The notes beneath the pieces were generated by a model. That model searched no databases and had not been told where the DNA came from. It was given only the letters and a program-made list of their open reading frames with translations. This document shows positions 58,266-64,000 of a stretch of DNA of 64,000 nucleotides, piece by piece. Source of the stretch: Candidatus Uhrbacteria bacterium (lineage in GTDB: Bacteria; Patescibacteriota; Patescibacteriia; UBA9934); NCBI GenBank assembly GCA_903827265.1, contig CAIKHN010000004.1, positions 40,067 to 104,066 of the forward strand, written 5' to 3'. The translations under genes and the position numbers were made by a program. Position 1 is the stretch's first letter, and each line of letters starts with the position of its first letter.

Positions 58266-59681
58266 TTACATCCACCGAATCTCATTGGCAATCCATTCCT
58301 GAATCTCCTCCTTCGTCTTCCCTTCATCATCCCTCAACCGATCTGCCTCGCGAATAATCTCCCCCATCTTCGGCCCTGGTTCGATTCCGAGTGCGACGAG
58401 CTCAGCGCCGGTGATGGCATGCGGTGCTGGCCCAGTGAGAACATCAAGCTTCGATGCACGGTCGAGCAGCCATTGGCGCTCGGGATATTCTCGCCTTTCA
58501 CCGTGCCGCCATTGTCCACGACCAAAATAATCGGCCTCCGCAACAAGCAATAATTCATTCATCGTCGCCGGCGCAATACGAGCCGCGAGCTTACGAATCG
58601 CACCATCGGTGATCGGCTGATTCTTCTCCGTCTCCTGCAAGTAGTAATTCGTTGGCTTCAAATGATCTTTCACGATACCGACAATCTTCTCAACCACCGT
58701 CGATGAAACGCCAACCGTTTTCAAAAACAATCTCGCCGGTGCCTCGCCTGCCTCTTCGTGACCGATCGACCGAATCTTTCCATCGATGACTCGCGTACAC
58801 AGCGCCTTGCCGAGGTCGTGCACCAATGCTCCGAGCATAATCGTAAAACTCGATTCTTCATCAATCCCTTCTCGACGCATAATCGCAGCAGCTTCATCAA
58901 CAACCATTAGCGTATGAATCCATACATCGCCTTCCGAATGCCATTCTGGGTTCTGCGAAGTCGCCTTCAAGATCGACAGCTCGGGATGCAATACATCAAA
59001 CACACCAAGATCGAATCCAAGCTGAAGACCGATTGATGGCTTCCCTGCGAGCACCAAAAGTTTTCGCCATTCGTCGCGCAATCGTTCCGGTGAAAGCTCT
59101 TTCAATCGCGACACCGTCGCCTTCATGGCATTCATCGATTCTGAATCGACGACGAGTTCGAAACGCGCCGCAAACTGCAGCGCACGCAAAACGCGCAACG
59201 GATCGTCGCCGAATAATTCGGAATCGACCACGCGCAGAATCTTCTTCTCAAGATCAGCAACGCCGCCAGCTGGATCGATAACTTCATCCGTTAACGGATC
59301 CATCATGATGGCATTGATCGTGAAGTCTCGGCGGTGAACCGCATCATTCGGACTCATCGATGGGTCAACGTGCACGTCGAATCCTTTGTGACCATCGGCG
59401 ACTTTCGAATCGGAACGTGGGATACCGAGATCGATTTCGAAATCACCAACTCGCAGCTTCAAAATCCCAAATGCTCTTCCTACTTCGATTACTTCTCCAA
59501 ACGTCTTTGCGAGCTCGGTAAGTTTTTCTGGCGCCAAGCCATACACTTCAATATCAAAATCCTTCGGCTCGACGTTGAGCAATATGTCGCGCACACATCC
59601 ACCCACCAAAAGCGCTCGACCGCCGGCGTCGCGGATAGATTCAGAAAGGGTTGTAATAATTGGAGGGATATTCTTGGTCAT
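58266..59681 (-). CDS. cca: CCA tRNA nucleotidyltransferase with HD domain
   Basis: VGGCVRD, DFDIEV, RRDFTINA, DDPLRVLR, ERLRDEW, EGDVWIHT, HDLGK. Confidence 0.9.
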   Translation of the reverse strand: MTKNIPPIITTLSESIRDAGGRALLVGGCVRDILLNVEPKDFDIEVYGLAPEKLTELAKTFGEVIEVGRAFGILKLRVGDFEIDLGIPRSDSKVADGHKGFDVHVDPSMSPNDAVHRRDFTINAIMMDPLTDEVIDPAGGVADLEKKILRVVDSELFGDDPLRVLRALQFAARFELVVDSESMNAMKATVSRLKELSPERLRDEWRKLLVLAGKPSIGLQLGFDLGVFDVLHPELSILKATSQNPEWHSEGDVWIHTLMVVDEAAAIMRREGIDEESSFTIMLGALVHDLGKALCTRVIDGKIRSIGHEEAGEAPARLFLKTVGVSSTVVEKIVGIVKDHLKPTNYYLQETEKNQPITDGAIRKLAARIAPATMNELLLVAEADYFGRGQWRHGERREYPERQWLLDRASKLDVLTGPAPHAITGAELVALGIEPGPKMGEIIREADRLRDDEGKTKEEIQEWIANEIRWM

Positions 59682-59683
59682 AA

Positions 59684-60148
59684 TTATTTCACCGCGCCGC
59701 ACCAAGCAATCGCGAGAGCATCGGCCGCGTCGTCGATTTTCGGTGCTTTCTTGAGGTCGAAAACTACCTTCACCATATCCTGCATCTGCCGCTTATCCGC
59801 CTTCCCGTATCCCGTCAACGCTAACTTTACCGCATTTGGCTTCACCTCGACTACTTCGAGACCAGCTTCGGCGCCAAGGAGGAAAATTACGCCTCGCACC
59901 TCGGCCACCTTCAGCGCCGTCGTCGTGCTCTTCGCAAAGAAGAGCTCTTCGATCACCAACCTCACCGGTTTATACTTTCCAATTACTCCGCGAACATCAG
60001 CCGCAATTTCCAAAAGTCGCTCTGGCATACTCAACCCCTTCTCTGTCGTAATCACTCCATACGTCACCGCTATCGGTTTCCCTCGCACAACATCAATAAT
60101 CGCATACCCGAGTCTGCCGTAACCTGGATCGATGCCGAGGATTCGCAT
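59684..60148 (-). CDS. ruvC: Holliday junction resolvase RuvC
   Basis: ILGIDPG, IEELFF, GYGKADK.QMQ, DDAADALAIA. Confidence 0.97.
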   Translation of the reverse strand: MRILGIDPGYGRLGYAIIDVVRGKPIAVTYGVITTEKGLSMPERLLEIAADVRGVIGKYKPVRLVIEELFFAKSTTTALKVAEVRGVIFLLGAEAGLEVVEVKPNAVKLALTGYGKADKRQMQDMVKVVFDLKKAPKIDDAADALAIAWCGAVK

Positions 60149-60179
60149 ATCGAGGCTATGGTAACATGCCAACATCGCT

Positions 60180-60797
60180 ATGAACCCTTTTGAAAAACCT
60201 CCAAGAAAAGTATTGCCATTTTCAAGGAAAGAATCTGCTCCTCAAGAGCCCGATACTCCTCCAGTCGATCATGAAGAGTTGATTGATTTTGCCGCTGCGA
60301 AAACACAAAGAGCACCGAACCAAAACAATCCCATCCTCGAGCACCTTTCGGATCGTTACGTTGATCACCGCAGCTGCCCTGAAGACTTTGCGCTATACCT
60401 TGAACAGCCAAAATCGCCGCTTCCCGAATGCACCCAGTACATTCGCGGCGTACTCATTGAGAGAAAGAGCGCATCGCAACACATTTCTCTCGCAACCGCG
60501 GCACAGGAGCTTGATACAGAGCTTCTCACAGACTGCGCGCTCTCAGGCATGACGAAAGATGATTTCCATCTCCTGAAAAAGCTTCCAAAAGCTGAGGCCG
60601 ATGCATGCCTAGAGAAAGCCTACGCAAAAGCGATGGCACAATACGGGTCACAATTTCCATTCGCGAGTCCAACCCTGTTCCACGCATTCATAGAGCTTGA
60701 TGCACTCTTCGCAAAGCAGCAAGTTCCAGCAGCACCCGCGTCTCAAAAATTCTCACTCCAATCACTCGCGACATTCTTCAAGAACCTTTTCTCCTAA
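60180..60797 (+). CDS. hypothetical protein
   Basis: 205-aa ORF with CT-ATG start, converging on the rpoC terminator. Confidence 0.7.
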   Translation: MNPFEKPPRKVLPFSRKESAPQEPDTPPVDHEELIDFAAAKTQRAPNQNNPILEHLSDRYVDHRSCPEDFALYLEQPKSPLPECTQYIRGVLIERKSASQHISLATAAQELDTELLTDCALSGMTKDDFHLLKKLPKAEADACLEKAYAKAMAQYGSQFPFASPTLFHAFIELDALFAKQQVPAAPASQKFSLQSLATFFKNLFS

Positions 60798-60798
60798 C

Positions 60799-60831
60799 AA
60801 AAAACCCGAGGCGTGAGCCCCGGGTTTTTTT
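60799..60831. terminator. bidirectional intrinsic terminator
   Basis: aaaaaacccg-ag-gcgtgagc-cc-cgggttttttt between convergent genes. Confidence 0.75.
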
Positions 60832-60837
60832 GGAGAA

Positions 60838-63800
60838 CTATTCTCCTGCTGCTTCTGCTTTTTCTTCTGCGCTTGCTTCCTTACCCATGGCCGGGCCGGT
60901 TGCTGCGATTTCTGCCTCAAGTTCAGAGGTAACCGTTGGCGTTGCCATCGCGACTTCTTCAAAGCTTTCCATTTCCGGCAAAGCGTCTTCAAGTCCGAAT
61001 CCTGTTCCCGCTGGAATAAGGCGACCGATGATGACGTTTTCTTTAAGTCCCTGAAGTTCGTCGATCTTTCCAGTGACTGCTGCGCCAATAAGCACACGAG
61101 CCGTCTCCTGGAAGGATGCGCTCGAGAGCCAGCTTTCGGTCGAAAGCGAGACCTTCGTCACACCAAGGAGCAAGTCTTCGTATTCTGCAAGCTTGCCGTC
61201 CTTTGCAAAGGCCTTGTCCTGTTCATCGAGGAGTGTTGCACGTTCGATGACTTCACCTGGCAACAAATCGGTATCGTTCGGGTTCAACACGCGAACGCGG
61301 CTGAACATCTGGCGAACAATAACCTCGATGTGCTTGTTGTTGAGCTTCTGTCCTTGCGAAGCGTAGATGAATTGGATTTCCTTTGAGAGGTAACGCTGCA
61401 CGGCGTCGCGTCCCTTTGCTGCAAAGAGCGCTTGCAAGTCCAAGTGACCATCGGTAAGCGCATCTCCAGCCGTGACTTCATCACCATCCTTAATGTACAT
61501 GGTGTAACCCTGCGGAATGATGTACTCGCGGATCTTTTCACCTTCGTGGACAACGGTAACCGACGTCTTTCCGACAGCCTTCACCACACCCTTCACGTCA
61601 GATGTGATCTTTTCGCCGTCGACCTTTGCGCCAAGCACGTCGCCTTCACGAACGTTGTCACCTTCTACAACCTTCATCTTGGCACCACGACCGAGCATGA
61701 AGACCTTTTCATCGACCGCAAGGTGACGAACCTTCACAATCTTCTGTCCTGGCATTGCGTCCATCATCTTCTTTCCGGTTCCCGCCTGGACAATGGTGCG
61801 TTCTGCTTTTTCAATTTCTACCTTACCCGCAACTTCGGTCATGATTGCCTTTCGTTTTGGCAAACGTGCCTCAAACAATTCTTCGACACGTGGCAAACCT
61901 TGCGTAATGTCTTTTCCTGCCACACCTCCAGTGTGGAACGTACGCATGGTGAGCTGTGTTCCAGGTTCACCAATGGACTGCGCGGCCATAATACCGACTG
62001 CAACACCTGGCTTTACCATCTTGTTGTGCGCCAAGTCGTATCCGTAACACTTCATACAGACACCGCGGCGAACGCGGCAGGTCATAACAGAGCGTACGTG
62101 CGCCTCGAGCAATTCTTTGCCGGTCGCCTTAATAGCACGAGTGTGAACCTCAGTAATAAGGTCGCCTGCCTTCACAACAGCCTTCTTCTCGCCAGGAACC
62201 TTAATGTCAGAGAGTGCGACACGACCCAAGATACGAATCAAGAGTGGCTCGCCAATTTCGTCGGATTCTTCCTTTGTCAGCAACACACCCTTATCGTCGC
62301 CACAGTCTTCCTCGCGAACAACAACATCCTGTGCCACGTCGACCAAACGACGGGTGAGGTATCCAGCGTTAGCGGTACGAAGAGCGGTGTCGGTCAAACC
62401 CTTACGTGTACCGTGTGACGAGATGAAGAACTCAAGCACCGAGACTCCTTCTTTGAACGAAGACTTCACCGGAAGTTCGATAATGTCTCCAGAAGGTGAC
62501 GATTTCAAACCAATCATACCGATCATCTGCGTGAGCTGGCCCCATGCACCACGAGCACCAGATTCAATCATGGTGTACGCAGAGCTTTCGTGTGGAAGCG
62601 AGTCCTTACTGATGTCCGCGATGCGGTCCTTAATTTCGGTCCAGATCTTAATGATTTGTGTGTGACGCTCGCTCTGGGTGAGCAAACCTTGGCCGAAGTA
62701 ATCTTCAACCTCACGCACACGCTTATCGCCTTCCGCAACCAATGCCGGTTTTTCCTTAAGAGTTGGCAAACCTGCCATTGCCCAAGAGTATCCAGAGAGC
62801 GTTGCGTACTTGAATCCGAGATCCTTCAGGTTGTCCAAGATTCCTGCAGTGAATTCCTGACCGTGGAACTCCAACGTGTCGCGAATGATGTTTGCGAGCT
62901 GTTTCTTTCCGAGAATTTCGTTCTGGAAACCGATGCTCGATGGGAACTGCTGGTTGATGAGAATACGTCCTGGAGTCGTGACCAGCATCTTGCCATCTTT
63001 ACGAATACGGATCCATGTTTGTGGCGTGATCTTTCCTTCGCCCATGGCGTACAACACTTCGTCGTCGTCCACGAATGTTTTCAACGTCTTCTCATCTGGT
63101 TCAGTATCGACGCTCGTCAAATAGAATGACGCCCATGCGATATCTTTTCCTGGCGTTGCCACAGGTCCTCCGAATGAAGGCTTCAGCAAGTTACGAATAG
63201 AGAGCATGAGTTCTTCAGCTTCCTTCTTTGCCTCAGTGGTGAGTGGCACGTGAACTGCCATCTGGTCTCCGTCGAAGTCAGCGTTATACGCGTCACAGAC
63301 GAGTGGATGGATTTGAATTGCCTTTCCTTCAATGAGCGTTGGACGGAACGCCTGAATACCCAAACGGTGAAGTGTTGGAGCACGGTTCAACAAGACGTAC
63401 GAGTCTGCAACAACTTCTTCCAAGATATCCCAAACTTCTGGGCGATCAGATTCCAAGAAACGGTTTGCAGAACGAATGTTGTGCACGTATTCGCGAGCAA
63501 TAAGCTTACTAATCACGAATGGACGGAACAACTCGAGCGCCATCTTCTTTGGAATACCGCACTGATGAAGCTTGAGGTGCGGACCGACGACAATAACCGA
63601 ACGACCAGAATAGTCGATACGCTTACCGAGCAAGTTCTGACGGAAACGACCTTGCTTACCCTTCAAAATATCGGCGAGCGACTTCAACTGACGCTTCTTT
63701 CCAGTTGCGGCAATAACCGTTTTGCTCTGACGTGCGCTGTTGTCGATGAGTGCGTCGACCGCCTCCTGCAACATGCGCTTTTCGTTACGCGTAATAACTT

Positions 63801-64000
63801 CTGGAGCGTTCAGCGCATACAAACGGCGCAAGCGATTGTTGCGGTTAATAACGCGGCGGTACAAGTCGTTCAAGTCTGACGTTGCAAAACGACCACCATC
63901 AAGTGGCACCATTGGACGCAAGTCTGGCGGGATCACTGGAAGCGTACGCAAGACCATCCACTGTGGAGCAATCGTGTTCTTCTCAAGGCTCTTAAAGAGC
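60838..64000 (-). CDS. rpoC: RNA polymerase beta' subunit (5' part outside window)
   Basis: [56 protein letters not shown]. Confidence 0.99.
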   Translation of the reverse strand, partial: LFKSLEKNTIAPQWMVLRTLPVIPPDLRPMVPLDGGRFATSDLNDLYRRVINRNNRLRRLYALNAPEVITRNEKRMLQEAVDALIDNSARQSKTVIAATGKKRQLKSLADILKGKQGRFRQNLLGKRIDYSGRSVIVVGPHLKLHQCGIPKKMALELFRPFVISKLIAREYVHNIRSANRFLESDRPEVWDILEEVVADSYVLLNRAPTLHRLGIQAFRPTLIEGKAIQIHPLVCDAYNADFDGDQMAVHVPLTTEAKKEAEELMLSIRNLLKPSFGGPVATPGKDIAWASFYLTSVDTEPDEKTLKTFVDDDEVLYAMGEGKITPQTWIRIRKDGKMLVTTPGRILINQQFPSSIGFQNEILGKKQLANIIRDTLEFHGQEFTAGILDNLKDLGFKYATLSGYSWAMAGLPTLKEKPALVAEGDKRVREVEDYFGQGLLTQSERHTQIIKIWTEIKDRIADISKDSLPHESSAYTMIESGARGAWGQLTQMIGMIGLKSSPSGDIIELPVKSSFKEGVSVLEFFISSHGTRKGLTDTALRTANAGYLTRRLVDVAQDVVVREEDCGDDKGVLLTKEESDEIGEPLLIRILGRVALSDIKVPGEKKAVVKAGDLITEVHTRAIKATGKELLEAHVRSVMTCRVRRGVCMKCYGYDLAHNKMVKPGVAVGIMAAQSIGEPGTQLTMRTFHTGGVAGKDITQGLPRVEELFEARLPKRKAIMTEVAGKVEIEKAERTIVQAGTGKKMMDAMPGQKIVKVRHLAVDEKVFMLGRGAKMKVVEGDNVREGDVLGAKVDGEKITSDVKGVVKAVGKTSVTVVHEGEKIREYIIPQGYTMYIKDGDEVTAGDALTDGHLDLQALFAAKGRDAVQRYLSKEIQFIYASQGQKLNNKHIEVIVRQMFSRVRVLNPNDTDLLPGEVIERATLLDEQDKAFAKDGKLAEYEDLLLGVTKVSLSTESWLSSASFQETARVLIGAAVTGKIDELQGLKENVIIGRLIPAGTGFGLEDALPEMESFEEVAMATPTVTSELEAEIAATGPAMGKEASAEEKAEAAGE

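Overview
A 64-kb stretch of core chromosome from a small-genome bacterium, most likely Patescibacteria/CPR (Parcubacteria/ABY1-like). This is inferred from OD1-type substitutions at the 16S 338 and 515 primer sites, a stand-alone 16S gene, a short SMC, a split PEP-synthase-like pair and a TrmB regulator. Housekeeping genes include adk, truB, rny, HU, rnc, nusB, rpmF, gyrA, rpsA, ftsH, a PilB/GspE ATPase, rsmE, tsaE, tsaD, sod, copA, clpP, the suf genes, rnhB, tag, trmD, khpA, rpsP, smc, nrnA, cca, ruvC and a 5'-truncated rpoC. There are 7 tRNAs and one 16S rRNA with no linked 23S. No CRISPR array, integrase, transposase or prophage was seen. The interesting signal is mostly non-coding: (1) a 149-nt tRNA-mimic behind tRNA-Glu that keeps the acceptor stem, CCA end and T-stem but has a ~95-nt structured expansion in place of the T-loop; (2) four candidate structured ncRNAs; (3) several families of short palindromic repeats, some inserted in frame in housekeeping proteins; (4) a strong CT-ATG start context without Shine-Dalgarno in core genes, against SD-led starts in some dispersed GC-rich single-gene ORFan cassettes; (5) a CIRCE operator upstream of clpP. 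Unusual proteins include an NDT-like/Nudix fusion, an apparently hingeless SMC, a J-like/TM/LysM-like protein, a possible tandem alpha-CTD mimic and a 34-aa six-Cys peptide. All calls were made by eye; no searches were run.
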